Positions 1-12,900 of a DNA stretch of 64,000 nt are shown piece after piece. The stretch is from Monocercomonoides exilis PA203 (lineage: Eukaryota > Protista > Preaxostyla). The position numbers were made by a program, and so were the translations under genes. The notes below the pieces were generated by a model that was not told where the DNA came from, searched no databases, and worked only from the letters and a program-made list of their open reading frames with translations. How positions within the stretch are numbered: the stretch's first letter is position 1; every line of letters begins with the position of its first letter. Location: positions 744,001 through 808,000 of the forward strand of contig LSRY02000025.1 of NCBI GenBank assembly GCA_001643675.2, read 5' to 3'.

Positions 1-1079
1 CATTTAAAACATCAAAGGTCAATCTAGATGTATGGCTCCCTCCTTCTTCGACAGAGGATCTTGATCGATATATCGCAGAATATTGCGATGTCATGCTTTT
101 AAAGTTTGTTGCGAATTAACAGCTCAAGATCAAACATTTTTTGTTTTTCCTTGTATTTTTTCGTTATAATGAAAATGTGAAATTCATATGAAAAAAGATA
201 TACATCTAAGCTTCATGGAGTTGTTGTTTCATATTCTGATGTTAAAGTAAATCATTCTTTAGCAGTTATTCCAGATGATCTTGCTCTAATTGGCTTATCT
301 GCTACTGCAATGCTTTCTGTGTTTTCGCCAACATCTGGATCTTTACTTGGTATATTTGTTTTCTGCAAAATTTTTAACGAAATTAAAAAATTTTTTTAAT
401 TTTTTTAAGCCGGAACTGTTCAAAAAATTACATCAACGCAAGTTAGCTTGCTTGTTTATGGTCTCTTTAATGCATCTGTCCGGCTTGTTGATGTTTGCTC
501 ACACATTTTTAAAAATCATTTAATAATATTAATGTTATTTAGGCACCTTCATATCAATTTTCAGGAGGGAGACTTGTGAAGCAAAGGCAAACAAAGGCAA
601 AGAATGGATTTTCATTTCCATCTGTTATAAATGAAAGTCATCGAGTTTTATTTGCGGTTCGAGGATTCTCTGCTGATGAAGGAGTTCCAGTTTTAATTGG
701 ATCATTCAATGAAGACGATGTAACAGACACTGAGCCTCTGCTTTCTGATAAGCCAGCGAAAGAAAAAAAATCAAAAGGAAAAGATTCTAAAGGAAAGGAT
801 ATAGTTAAAGAAGAAAGCAATGATGATACAAAAAAAGAAGTCAAAGAAGAAATTGCAATTAAGGAAGAAGGCACTATTGTTAAGCATAAAAAATCAAAAA
901 GAAAGAAAGAGGATATTGAAAAAGACGAAGAAGAAAAGGAAGAAAAGGAAAAAACGGAAAAAAAGAAATCAAAAAAAGAATCGTCAAAAAGCAAACATAC
1001 ACATGAAAAAAGTGATGAAATTGATGAAGAAAAACGAAAAGAGAAAAGTAAGTCAAAGAAAATTAAACTTGAAAATTGA
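1..1079 (+). CDS. RPA43: RNA polymerase I subunit A43, 5'-truncated by the window edge; introns 104-197, 350-409, 493-542
   Basis: Manual splicing gives ...VWLPPSSTEDLDRYIAEYCDVMLLK|YTSKLHGVVVSYSDVKV...VFSPTSGSLL|AGTVQKITSTQVSLLVYGLFNASVRLVD|APSYQF..., matching the RPA43 pattern (LLxY..LxGVV.Y; VFxP..G..LxG.V; LLVxGxFNAS), followed by a K/E-rich tail. All introns are GT-AG and phase-compatible. Confidence 0.85.
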
Positions 1080-1379
1080 AATGAAAAAAATATTTGGTTT
1101 ATTTGAAAATGGTATCATACATAACTATTTTTATTTTATGAAAGAAAACAGATACCAATCATTTCATTCATCTACAAACTATTTTTTTTCAAAATCACTT
1201 CGAGTATTTTATGTTTTAAATGATCAATAATTAAAAATCAAAATATGAATTTTTGTGATAATTAAAAAAATACAGGTAATTCATCGTATTTGTTGATTTG
1301 ATTTTTGCATTGTTGAATGAAAGGGTTAAAAAAAAATCAATCATATTATTCTTTAAGTTTTTCAATCCTTTCGAATGTC

Positions 1380-1760
1380 AAGGCGAAAAAAATTTTTATT
1401 GAAACTTTCTCATTCAGAGAGTGATATTTTCAGATAAATGCCACTAACTTTTTCTATTTCCGAATTTTGTTCCACACAATATGGGGAAAAATACGAACTT
1501 TAAAGCTTTTTGTGCACAAAGCATGAAACAATTGTTTCTCTTTTAACATTTCTGAACATTTTCAGATTTCATATTAAATCGATATTTTACAACTGTAAAT
1601 AAACACCATTGATATAATAACAAAATGTGTTGTGATATCTCACGTATTTCAAAATAGAGACTTTTTCTTTCCATATTTTTTGATCACAAAAAGTTCATCA
1701 AATGTGCATTCTTTTTCAATGAAATACCAGAAGTCAAATATTTTTTTTATCTTTTTTCAA
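1380..1760 (+). repeat. Degenerate dispersed repeat, family B
   Basis: GGAAAAATAC..ACTTT.AAGCTTTTT...CACAAAGCAT...CAGATTTCATA...TTTTTGAT.ACA.AAG.TTCATC...GAAATACC is shared by eye with 44350-44640 (+) and 45110-45500 (-). Boundaries approximate. Confidence 0.65.
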
Positions 1761-2654
1761 AAATTGCCTATTTTTCAAGATGGTCAGTGTTTATAATGGT
1801 GGTTCCTTTCAATCGCAGTGTACTGTGGTACTGTCTCAATAATAGTTGATAGAGATATTTCTGCTATTAATCCAATTGATTCCTAAATTAACACAAACTT
1901 ATGCAATATATTTTAATGAAACAACTTGCTCAAAAGAATAAAGTTTATGATATTTTCAATAAATGGAAAACCTTGGAAAATCTTATTTCTCCGAAAAGAT
2001 AAAAATATTCTTATTTTCAACTCGTAGTGTTTGTGTGGTGATTAAAATAATTGATATGCATTTGGATTCATTGAGAGAAAAACTTTGAAATTTGTCAGAG
2101 TGCAACAATCAACAGTTGTTGAGATAATGCAACTGCCCATAGTTATTGAAAGCGTGCACCATTAGTTACACTTATTAAATATTAGAAGATATTTCATCAT
2201 TTTCTATATATCTTCATTAAAATTAACTTTCATTGATGGGAAAATAATAAAAATAAGGAACAAACCGTAGGTTTTTGCAGAACTTTGCTTAAAGGAAAAA
2301 TAAAGCAATGGACGTCGGCCAAAAGACAAAACAAATGTGGAGGTTTTTTTAAAGATAACTGCATATATATAATGGATTGAATTTTTCTGAATTATTCTGC
2401 TTGTATCAAACTTTTTTTCTGACTTGAAAATTCGATAAAAATACAATTCCGAACAGACGAAACAATATAATTAACTTTTTTTGAAAATACTATTTGATTA
2501 AACTTCAATTATGAAATGAAAAAGCCAAAACAAGAATTACTGAAGACAAAACAATTATTTTTTAAAACTTAAGAAGATAAAACTGCAACTATCAAATTTT
2601 GCAATCAAACCTAAAAGAATAAAATATTGAAATCCTAAAACAATAGTTAGATAT

Positions 2655-2911
2655 TGAAGTGATTATTTTTGAAATCATATTTTTTCATTCATTGTTTTAG
2701 GGACGAAAATTTGCATTGAATATCAGTGAACGAACATTGAAAAGTGAACGGGCTTGAACTAGAAATGTTTTTCTTTGTTGAAGCTTTTGAATTTTTTTTA
2801 ACACACAAATAATGTTTTTCTCATTTCAAATAAAAATCTTTACTCAGTGACAAACAACCTTTAAAAAATAAATCACACGAAAAAAGTTATGATTTTAAAA
2901 ATTATCACCCA
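2655..2911. mobile_element. MITE family A copy (~257 bp)
   Basis: Left end GAAGTGATTATTTTTGAAATCATA and right end TATGATTTTAAAAATTATCACCCA are imperfect inverted repeats; interior is homologous (reverse orientation) to 62772-63030. Confidence 0.75.
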
Positions 2912-4710
2912 GCTGCTTCTCATTCGGCAACCGCTGAAGCCCCCTTTCCTTCTTCTCAGCTGCCTCTTTCTTCTGCTTGTTGCGAATCTCCTCAAACTTA
3001 TTTTGTCCTTCAGCCTTTCCTCTTCTTCTTCTTTCTATTCAAATTTAATTAGGGACAACTCGGTTTCTTCGTACTTAATTTTTACTGCAAGCGTCTTCTT
3101 CTCCTCCTTCTGCTTCTGCCTTTCTTGATCTGCCATTTTCTTTTACTCATCTCTCAGAATCTTCCCAATCTGTATGTTTTTTTTAACTTCCTTTTCCAGC
3201 TCCAATCATCTCTGTAACCATCGCTCTTCAATCTCCTGCTGCTTCTGCTTCGATTCCATTGCTGAATCTCTCCACTTCTCCTGTTCTTTTTCTCGCTACA
3301 TCTGGATCTCCATTCCTCCCTCTCACATCCGAACAACTTCGTTCGTCTCCCTGCTTCGTGTTATCAAAAGCTGTTATTTTCCAACTATTCGTCTTTCGAG
3401 TCATCCACTTGTGCCTCTTTCGCTTCTGTTTTGCCTTTGTTCTTCTTTCCGTCGCATTTTTCAATCAGCCTTGAAAGAAATGAATCGTCTTTTATACCTC
3501 TCTTGGACCAATTCTTCCTCCCGATCGTCAAATTCCTCTAATTTCTTCTGAAGTGCTCGTTCATTGCGATGATTGTTTTCTGCATAAAGGACTCCTTCAC
3601 TCTGTCTCTCATTTCATCTTACGACATCTCCTTCTCCATCACACGCAGATATTTCACACTCTCATTCATGCAGATCATCATGTCGCACCTCCGCTTGTGG
3701 TTGATGTGCTGCTAATTTCAGATCTCCCGGTTCCACTTCACTCTTTCCAGCCCATTCTGGATTGCCCACTGCAACAGTCACCGAAGCAGCATCGACACCC
3801 CTTTCCACACAACGGCAACGGTGTTCAGCATCCAAAGATACGTCGAATCGATGTTAACTGCAGCATGTGAATGTGAAACAGAAGACGTCCGCAAAGAGAT
3901 GAGAACATCGTGTGAAGTGAAAGATGAAACAACATTTGAAATTGTTGTGACAGACGATGCAGCTGGAAAAGGCGAAGAGGAAGAAGTGGAAGATGCTGGT
4001 GATGAAGATATGCTGCTGTTTTGATGTGAAGTCATCTGAGGAGATGTTTGTGTGTTTTGTCATGTTGAATCAGTAGTTGCTATCAGTTGTTGCTGCTGCC
4101 GTTGTCTGTTATTTTTCCGCGGATGCAGCTGAAAATCAGAAATATAAGAATTTTATTCTGTCATTTGTGAATTTGCTTGTCTTGATGTCAAAGTCTTTTT
4201 ATGAGTCGTCAATGGAATGAAATTAGGTTCGTTCAATATTTATTGTGCATATTTGAAAAAATGATGCTGTCGACATTGATAAAGAAAGCATCTGATAATA
4301 AGAAATAGCAGAAGGATGGGATTGCAGACTCATCCCAGGAGAAATATTGCTTGACGAGGAAGCTTCAGGAGGAGGTTGACACTGCAGCTGGAATTTCTGC
4401 AGCTGCTGTTGCTGCTGTGGATGAAGCAGTCGCATATTTCGGAGTTCGTTTTGAATAGGATGAAGCTCTAACTGTTGTTGCAGCTGTGATAAAAAACAAA
4501 AGATTGGGGCTGAACAAAGTGATGTTCAAGGATGTGACTAATGTGATTGAGGACAAAAAAGAAGGAGAAGAAAAATTGATGGAAGGAGAAGAAGAAGGAA
4601 GAGTAGAAGAGGAAAGAGAAGATGAAGGAGAAGAAGTTGTATTGGAAAGAGGAAAAGAGGAGATGTTGGAAAAAGGCGAAGAGAAAGTGATTTTTCAGAG
4701 ACAAAAGCAG
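2905..4710 (-). pseudogene. Fragmented relic of a Ser/Gln-rich, then K/E/R coiled-coil, hypothetical protein
   Basis: Coding-like composition, but reading frames are broken into 60-85 aa pieces by stops and frameshifts; the 3' end abuts the MITE at 2655-2911. Confidence 0.5.
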
Positions 4711-5769
4711 AGGAAATAAATGAACAGTGAAAAGAGCATAAAAGGAACAAATAGTTTCCCAACAAATTGTTATTCTTCAATTTTTCCTTTCGTTTTCAAT
4801 ATTAATTCAGCTTTCTTCTTCAAAATCGTATAAAGTTTCTTTTTCATTTTTTTTTAATTATCCACATCATAATTTAATTTTGAATATCTTTAAAATTTCG
4901 CAGCTTCTTTCTATTTCCATTTGAATGAGATTCTTTCCGTTGTGGAATTTGAATAATGATGTACAAATCATTACTAATAATGAAAAATCTTCATTGGAGA
5001 AATAACAATTCCGACAAATTTCTATTTTCATTTATCGAATTCAATAATAAAAACAATGATTTTTGTCAAACCTTTTTCATGTGTTAACATGATATTTCTA
5101 CAAATCTGAGTTTGTTTTCAAAACGAAAAATATGTAATTATTATGGAATGCAATCAAAAAAATAGTATTTTTAAAAATAACGTTGATAACGAAGAAATAT
5201 GAAAGCTGATGAAGTGCTAAACAAAATGAGGTTTTGCACATCAATAAAATTATGTCAGACAGATTGGACATTTTAAAACTTTTTCTTTTTTTCAAATTTT
5301 CAAGTTAAAAATGTTATTCTTTTGAATCATTATTAAAAAAACATTTTTAAAAATGGAGAAAAAATATTTGAAAAGGAATATCCGTTCGATATATATATCC
5401 TTTCGACAGACTGATCTTTTTGACAGTCTGATCTTGACAAAGATCTGTCGATCACCCATTGTGATTTCAAAAAATACAAAAATAAAGAATTTATTGATTC
5501 AAATAGTGTTAAAATGAAATAAATAAAAAAAAATTATTAAAAAATGGAAAAATTAATCTTTATTAGTTGTTTTTCATTTTGATCAAAAAAAGAAGAATAA
5601 GCTGACTTTTTTGTCGGAAAACTTATCGAGCCGTTAAAATAATGTCGGTCTGTAGCAAAGGCCTCGATTTTTGAATGAAAAATACCAAAAAAATTATCGA
5701 TTTGTCCCTATTTGAGAAAATTCAATTACACTTCTGTGATAACTTGTTTTTTAAAAAAAGAATTTTTGT

Positions 5770-5940
5770 CATGTTAAAAAAAACATTACACTTTGTGCAT
5801 TTTATTAAAAAAAATTATGCTCTTTTGTTAATTATTAAAATAAAAAATATGTGCAAAATAAGTTCATTTTCTGACATTCGTGTGAGGTCACAAATTATTT
5901 TGTTACGAAACAATTGATGTTCGATTTCGGATGTGAAAAT
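5770..5940 (-). repeat. Partial family B repeat
   Basis: Reverse complement TTTGTGACCTCACACGAATGTCAGAAAAT...GAGCATAATTTTTTTTAATAAAATGC resembles the 45110-45400 copy (TTTGTGACCTTATATGAATGTCAAAAAAT...GTGCATCATTTTTCAATGAAAATGC). Confidence 0.45.
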
Positions 5941-6324
5941 CCAAATAATTTTAAAATAAGAGGAAGTCTAATAAAGTTGTGAGAGAACCAAAATTTTCAT
6001 GATAAGAACAAAAAAATCTTGAGAGTCAAATATTTCTCCTATTTGATTAAACATTCTCAGCTATGTGATAATTATCCTCAAAAATGAATGAAAAAGCGTT
6101 AAATTTTTATTCATAGAAAATGTGACAATTGCTGATGAAAATAATATTCTGCATAATTGTCTTTTTTTTGTGGGTTTAACTCAAAAACTTGTGGTTTATT
6201 CATATTTAAAATGTGTGCTCCGAAAAATTCGAATAACATGTTAATCAAAAAAGATCGAAGAAATGAGTGAAAGATTTTCAGTAACAAAAAGGGCATGCAG
6301 CACAATGATACAGAATTTCGAGAT

Positions 6325-6578
6325 ATATTTGATTATTTTTGGTTTTCATTTTTTCTTTTAAAGATTTCGGTTCGAAAATTTCCCTTGAATATCAACAAAA
6401 GAACAATGAAAAATGAAAAGGCTTTTTCAAGATGCCTTTATCTTTATTTGAGCTGAAGCATTTGTTTCTAAAGCAGTTGTGTAATTTACAACTTGAATAC
6501 AAATCTCTTCCCAATGACAAAAAACTTTTATAAAAAACAACACACCGAAAAAGTTATGAATTCAAATATTATCACCCA
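6325..6578. mobile_element. MITE family A copy (degenerate left end)
   Basis: Right end CCGAAAAAGTTATGAATTCAAATATTATCACCCA followed by TA; interior GAATATCAAC..AAGAACAATGAAAAATGAA matches the other copies. Confidence 0.7.
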
Positions 6579-6997
6579 TATCCAATATCAAAAGTTAACT
6601 GATTGATCGTTTGTTAATAATCAAATAAATTTTTTGATGTGTATAACTATATTTATTTTTTTATTAAAATATTTCGAAAAAAATAGTTCACAATTATCTG
6701 AAAAAATCTTAATAAACATTTCTTGTAATTTTTTGTTTGCTCCGAGCTTGCATAAAACCGTCGTGAAAAAAAAATGAGAGTGATGGGAAATTTTTGTTCA
6801 ATTACATTGAACTATGTCATTTCAATTTGAAAATCAAAATACATAAATATCCAATGAATACAAAAACAAGTGATTAAAAAGGAATTTCTGCTTCCTTTTC
6901 AATCTGGGTTTCGCTCTGAACACTTGGCAAGACATTCAACCATTTTCCAAAAGCAGATGGTTTGCTGGATTAATTTTTCAAAAAGTCATTTTCTTCT

Positions 6998-9900
6998 TCA
7001 ACTTTGATGTTGATCATTTCTCAGTTCATTCAATTGGGAGTGTTTTTGGCTGTTGATAAATATTATTTCTGAGGAGGCCAAAGATCCAGATTGCTCCACT
7101 TCTGAATTTTCCTGAGATCCTTCTTTGTAGGTGACTGCATCAGACATTGTGAGGATCACAGCTCCTGCTGGGAATCTCTGGATGAATTCTCGTTTCAGAT
7201 CGCTCAGTATTGGCCTTGCTCCTGGCTTCTCACTCACTGCCAATTTGACCAGCTCATAAAAAGAAGAGTCGCGAACTGCAGCCATATCTGGTCTTTCTCC
7301 ATTCGCAATCTTCTGCCCTGCCACTTCTGCCTCACACTCCCCAAACGGGATCTGCAGCGTCAGGCACTCCCACAGCATCATCCCTATCGAGAACACCACC
7401 GACTCCTTCATTGCCCCCATCTTCTTGTTGATCAACAGCTCTGGCGCCTTCCACCTCAAGCACTCTTTTTTGAAGCTATCCTCCTCCTCAAACGCAGATG
7501 AGGGAAGAGAGTCCCTTTCATCATCATCATCACTTGCATATGTCACAACTGTTGATGAAGAGATTGATGATGAGTCAGAGTCATCATCTGACAATAAGTC
7601 TGAGTGCATCACAATGCAGATCACCATGTGTTCGGAAAACAGCACAATGTGAGGACTCAAATTGGCAAGTGAAGAGAGTGGATTTTCCATTTCATCAAAT
7701 GAATGCAGTGCCCCATTCGCCACCCAAAACAGGATTTGAGCAGCTGTCTGCTCTCTTTGTTGAAGGCTCCCAATTTCCATCTCCTTCTTCTCATTCCTTC
7801 CATGCAACAGCATGAACAATGAATCCCTCAAGTCCACAATCAGCTTTTCATGAGGAGATGAACAGGCCATTGCATCCACCAGATTCGACATTGACGAAGT
7901 GGTTGGGCACAGATCATCACCACGAACAAATGTTGTATCTGAATCTGTGGTTGAAGTTGTTGAAGTGGATGAGATAGATGGCGAAGGAGTTCGCTTTCTT
8001 GTCTCTTCTTCTTCAACCTTTTCCAATACCCATTCAGGAATCTTGTCTGAGTCTCTTCCCAAAATGTATTCAGTGGAGCCACTCTCAGAGAGAAGATGCT
8101 CTGATGACTCTGAATGCTGCATATTCGTATCATACGCCCTCTTCTTTATTCTTTCTTCATTCTTCTTCTCTGCCTCCATCTCTGCTCTTCTCCACTGCTC
8201 CTCAGGTGACATTTCCATTGTCACCATCTCAAATGCCTTCGGATCTTTTCTGATGTTATTATTCACAATCTCTCTTAGATCTTCTGCCTCATTCTTCATG
8301 TTTCTCCATCTTATTACAAACAAAATAAATCCAATGAAGGCAATCAAAAACATCACAACAAGCACAATCACAACCAACAACCAATAAGATTTCCCTTCTT
8401 TTCCTCCTTCAACAAGTTTTTCATCTCCATTCTTTGCTTCACTTGCATTCTTCAGAATGAAAGGCTCAGTGGCTGAGGGAGCATCAGCATTGCCAAAGAG
8501 CAGACACACAGACACCTCTGCCTCTGCTGGCGCCTCTCGAAGGATGCTCCCTTGTATTTCCCCAAAGGCCTCCTTTTCCGAGACAAGCCCTTTTGCATCG
8601 AACTCGTACCGATGCAGCAATTCCTCGGTTCCGATGGTTGTTGCCAGCCGGAACGACAGGTTGCAGGGCAAGAGGAGCTCTCCCTGGAATCTGATTGTGA
8701 CCTCGCTCGTTGCTTCTGCTTCGTTTCCCGCCTCGTGGGCAGAATGGAGTGTTGGGATGAAGAAGGGAGACAGCCTGTGGCGGGGGATGCCGGCAAGCGT
8801 GCATCCGCTGTCCAGTATCCACAGAGAGGTGTTGTCTTTCGCGCCGTCTCCCCCTTTCACGCTCGCCAGGGTCAGCGACGCCCCATCGGAGCAGGCGATG
8901 TTCCGGCGGGCAGACGGATAGCTGCTGGCCGAAGGGCTGCTGCGGGCAGAGGGGCTGTTGCCCACAAACTTTGCATCGTCCATGCGGACAGTGCCTCCAG
9001 AGACAGACAGCGCTCCATCCGATGCGTTTGCCACTGTGAGATCGCTGATGGCTGCTGTTGTGTTGCACAGATGGACCAGCGACGCATTCCACGAGCAGAT
9101 GCTGTCTGCGCTGTTTCTGTTTCTGTTTCCATTTGCACTTGCAGCTGTTCCTGTGGGTGCTCCCTCAAACACACACATGGCCAGCGAGAGATCTGCTGCA
9201 TTGCTCACACTCACAACGCTCCCCTGCTGTGCCGGTTCATCAGCATCGTTGCCAGAGGATGGGCCACATTGCGAGCAGGTGAAGTTGGACAGGGATATGT
9301 GTGCAGAGGGGGAAGACGCAGAAAGCACAGACGAGCCGAAGGAGGTGCTGGTGCTGGTGCTGGTGCTGGAGCGTGTGCTTGTGCAGTTGCGGAAAGACGA
9401 GCCAGAAAAGGCAATGTCTCCTGTGGAGGTGGCAGTGGCGGGGAGGCAGAGGATGCTGCCCTGCGAAAACACCAGATGCTCGGCTGCCACGCTGTGTGCC
9501 GAGGCGCTCTGGCACTGGCGGAACTCGAAGGCGCTGGCTGACAGCTGGAGGTGCTGGAGGCTTATGTTTGCGAGGGCGACACGGTCGGCAGCGGAGAGGA
9601 GGAAAGGCGGGAGAGCGAACGCGAGGTGCAGGACGGAGCAGTTGTCGACAGTCAGGTGGCCACCCTCGATGGCGAGCAGGGAGGAGTTGAGGAGCACTGG
9701 GTGTGCAGCTGGCGAGGTGGTTGGCGAGGTGGCTGATGAAGCGGCAGAGGAAGCAAACTGGACAAAGGAGAGCAAGAGGTGGCCATCGGTGTGGCACACA
9801 ACAGCACTGCCTGTGTGCGAAAAGGATTGGCTGAAGAGGAAGTCGAGACACTCGATCCGGACGTTTGCAGAGGTTGCGAGGATGGCTGGGCAGTGCTGGA

Positions 9901-12900
9901 TGGGGGTGTCGAGGTGGACAAGCGCAGAGGACGGGGACTCGAGCGAGCGGATGCTCACGCTGGCTGCGCTGCATGGTGCGCAGATGGCTGTCTGGAGCGA
10001 CACCAGCAGCTGGGAGTATTGAGACGGAACGATGTGCTGCACCCCCTCATTCAGCGACTCGCAAGGCTTGCCGAACTCTCCACATTGCTTGCTGTCTTCG
10101 TGGTTGTCTGCAGCAGAAGACACAAAGATCGTCTCGCTCTGGTATTTCACCACCCTCAGCAGCAGATCCACTTCCCCCACAAACGAGTCTGTTGTGCAGC
10201 CCCATATTGCTAGATCCTTCACAAACGGTGCTCGGAAGTCCAGCAAGAATTGTTCATCTGCAATTTGAGTCTCGATTGAGTGGCATCGAACATACACGTC
10301 TCTTCCTCTAAACGCTGAGTTATCCTTGAATGTGATATTTGACAGCATAAACTTCAGAGGCTGCTCAGCTGTCGAGGTGCATTCCAGAAACAGCCACCCG
10401 CCTCTTCCTGTGGTTGAGCAGAAGCACTCAGAAATCGTGCAAAACAAGCAGTCAAGGTGTCCTCCTTCGTTCAACAGGGCAAATATCGCCCCTCCCTTTC
10501 CACACCTCGTTCCGCCACACTTCTTCATCGTTGTGTTTCGAATCACCATTTTCAAAGGCTCAACATCATTGTCATTTCGAATGACAGGAATATCAGCAGT
10601 TGTGTTCTGGGTGACTTCTTCGAATACACTCCACTCAATGACAACATCTTGTTCAACTGCATTTCTCTCTCTTCTTGAATTCTTTGAAATGCTCAATCCT
10701 CTTGCCCCATCCAAATCAACATTCTTCATCGTCAGATTTTTGATGTTCAGAATCGTTGAAGATAACACAGAAATCACATCCTTTGAAAAAGACAGCGATT
10801 GCATTGTCACCAATTCCAATTGAACTGTGCCTCCATCTGCCTTGATCAATCCATAGCTGATTATTTCTTCTCTGCTTTCTTCCATTTTTGTGAATGAACA
10901 GTCCTTCACAGTCAACAACGCATCACTTGATCCAACATCCATCAAATAATTGACTCCACTTGCAAATGATGATGGAATCACAAAGCAAATCAGCTCGAAA
11001 TTTGTAATTCCCTGAATCTTCATTGCTGCTTTCTCTGATCCTTCAAGCGAAGCGAGACATTCCAAGGAGCAAATGAGGCTATTATCTGATTTTATTGCAG
11101 CCCCGCTGAGATCCACACATTTCTGAAGAATCGCCTTCTCAACGATACTGATGTTCCTTTCGTTTCCTTCGGACAATCGATCCAGAGAATAATCGATTGA
11201 CAGGCAAGGACAATCCGAAAACCCACAGGCACCCATATCTTTTCCTTCGCCTCCAACAAATATCTCTGATCCAAGTGCAATCCAGAAATACACCAGCGGA
11301 ATGGCATTTGTTGTGTCATTCCCATCAAACCCTCTCATCGAATCCAAGGAAATATCATTCAGATTCTCAGACACAAATGGAAGCGATGCATTTGTGATGC
11401 TCTTTGTCAAGTTGGATGATTCGACAAACAGGTCATTTCCATATCTCGCAACATTCGGCTTTTCTGTGCCAAAAACAGGAGATGAGATCGCAAACAAAGA
11501 ATAATCATCAATCAACTTCAGTGCCATTCCTCCTCCAAAGCCAGGTTTCTCCTCTCCAGTTGGTGCAGTGCATCCTATGAATGTGCATGAAATAATATTC
11601 AATTGAGTATTCCCTTTCAACTGAGAAAACATTGCCCCTCCTCTGCTTCCATCAGCAAGCACAGAGCATCCATCAAAAACACATTCTTCAATATTTATTT
11701 CTCCATTTGAATTTTCATCATTGCTGTTGTCAATGCTCACACAACCTCCACTTCCAGCTGTTCTTTCTATTTCTGTGAAAGTGCAGTTCGTCATGCTCAA
11801 CCACTGATTGCTCATCAACTCGGCCTTTGTGATGCTTCCAGTCAATGAGATCAATGGATTTCCGCTCAAAGTGATTGACGAAGCTGAGAACGAATCAATT
11901 GTCAGGATTCCCGAGGCAATGGATAAGAATAAGGATACCAGTTCTGATGAAGAATCTTGAAGAGTTAAAGAACATTGAAACAGCGTTAGTGATGAAGAAG
12001 ATGATGAAATAAAAGTGGAATGTGATGAAAAAGAAGAAGGAAGAGAGAAGATAAGTTTCGATAATTCTGTTTCAACGCTTGTTGTTAACATCGCTGAATT
12101 GGATGTTGCACTCGAATCAGAGACTGTCCAGCCACTTTCATCATCATTTCCTCGGATTTCATGATTCTGATTAGCAAAAGCCAATTCATCAGCCATCATA
12201 ATCATTCCACTCACAGCAACTTTCTTTGTTTCTGTTTGACGTGTGAGAGAGTGCTTTATTGTCAAACAGGGGAATTTGACTATTCCGCAATGAGAATGAT
12301 CAGATGCCTCAGTATTACTCACACATATTTCTTCCGGTGTGGGAAGGAGATAGATGCACAAAGGGATGGCCACAGTCGTATTTCCATTGTCATATCCTCT
12401 CACCTTGTCAAACGAGTCCAATGAATCTGTCACACACGTAATCTTTTGTGACTTTGCAGTTTCTTCCAGGTCTGGTGAAATGACAAAGATATCATTCCCC
12501 CATTTGGCTGTGTTCGTTCCAAATGAAGAGGAGATCAGGATGTTTGGACTTCCAGTCGATAATCGAAGAAGAATTCCACCCCCAAGACCATTGGATGCCG
12601 AACAAAAGCAGCCATTAAAAGATCCACCACTCACTTTCACTTCATTTTCTACTCCTGCACATAACATCATTGATCCTCCATTCTCTGAGCCTGTGCTCCC
12701 ACAACCAGAAAATGAACATGAATTCAGCTTAATGTTAATCTTATCATTGGAAAACGAAATCACTGCTGCTTCACTATTTGTTCTCTCAATCCCATCAAAG
12801 GCACACTCCGAAAGCGTCAATGATATTTCATTTGTCGAAGAAAGCGAAAACAATGAAGTTGTGGAGATCGTCTTTGCCCAGTTCACATTGTCCATCTGCA

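Noticed and set aside
481-542. Possible GC-AG intron in RPA43
   Set aside because: A canonical GT donor at 493 gives the correct phase.
8450-10320. Many long overlapping ORFs on both strands (up to 354-358 aa; also 52970-54850)
   Set aside because: Shadow ORFs arising from high GC content and codon bias of the receptor cassette; no independent motifs.
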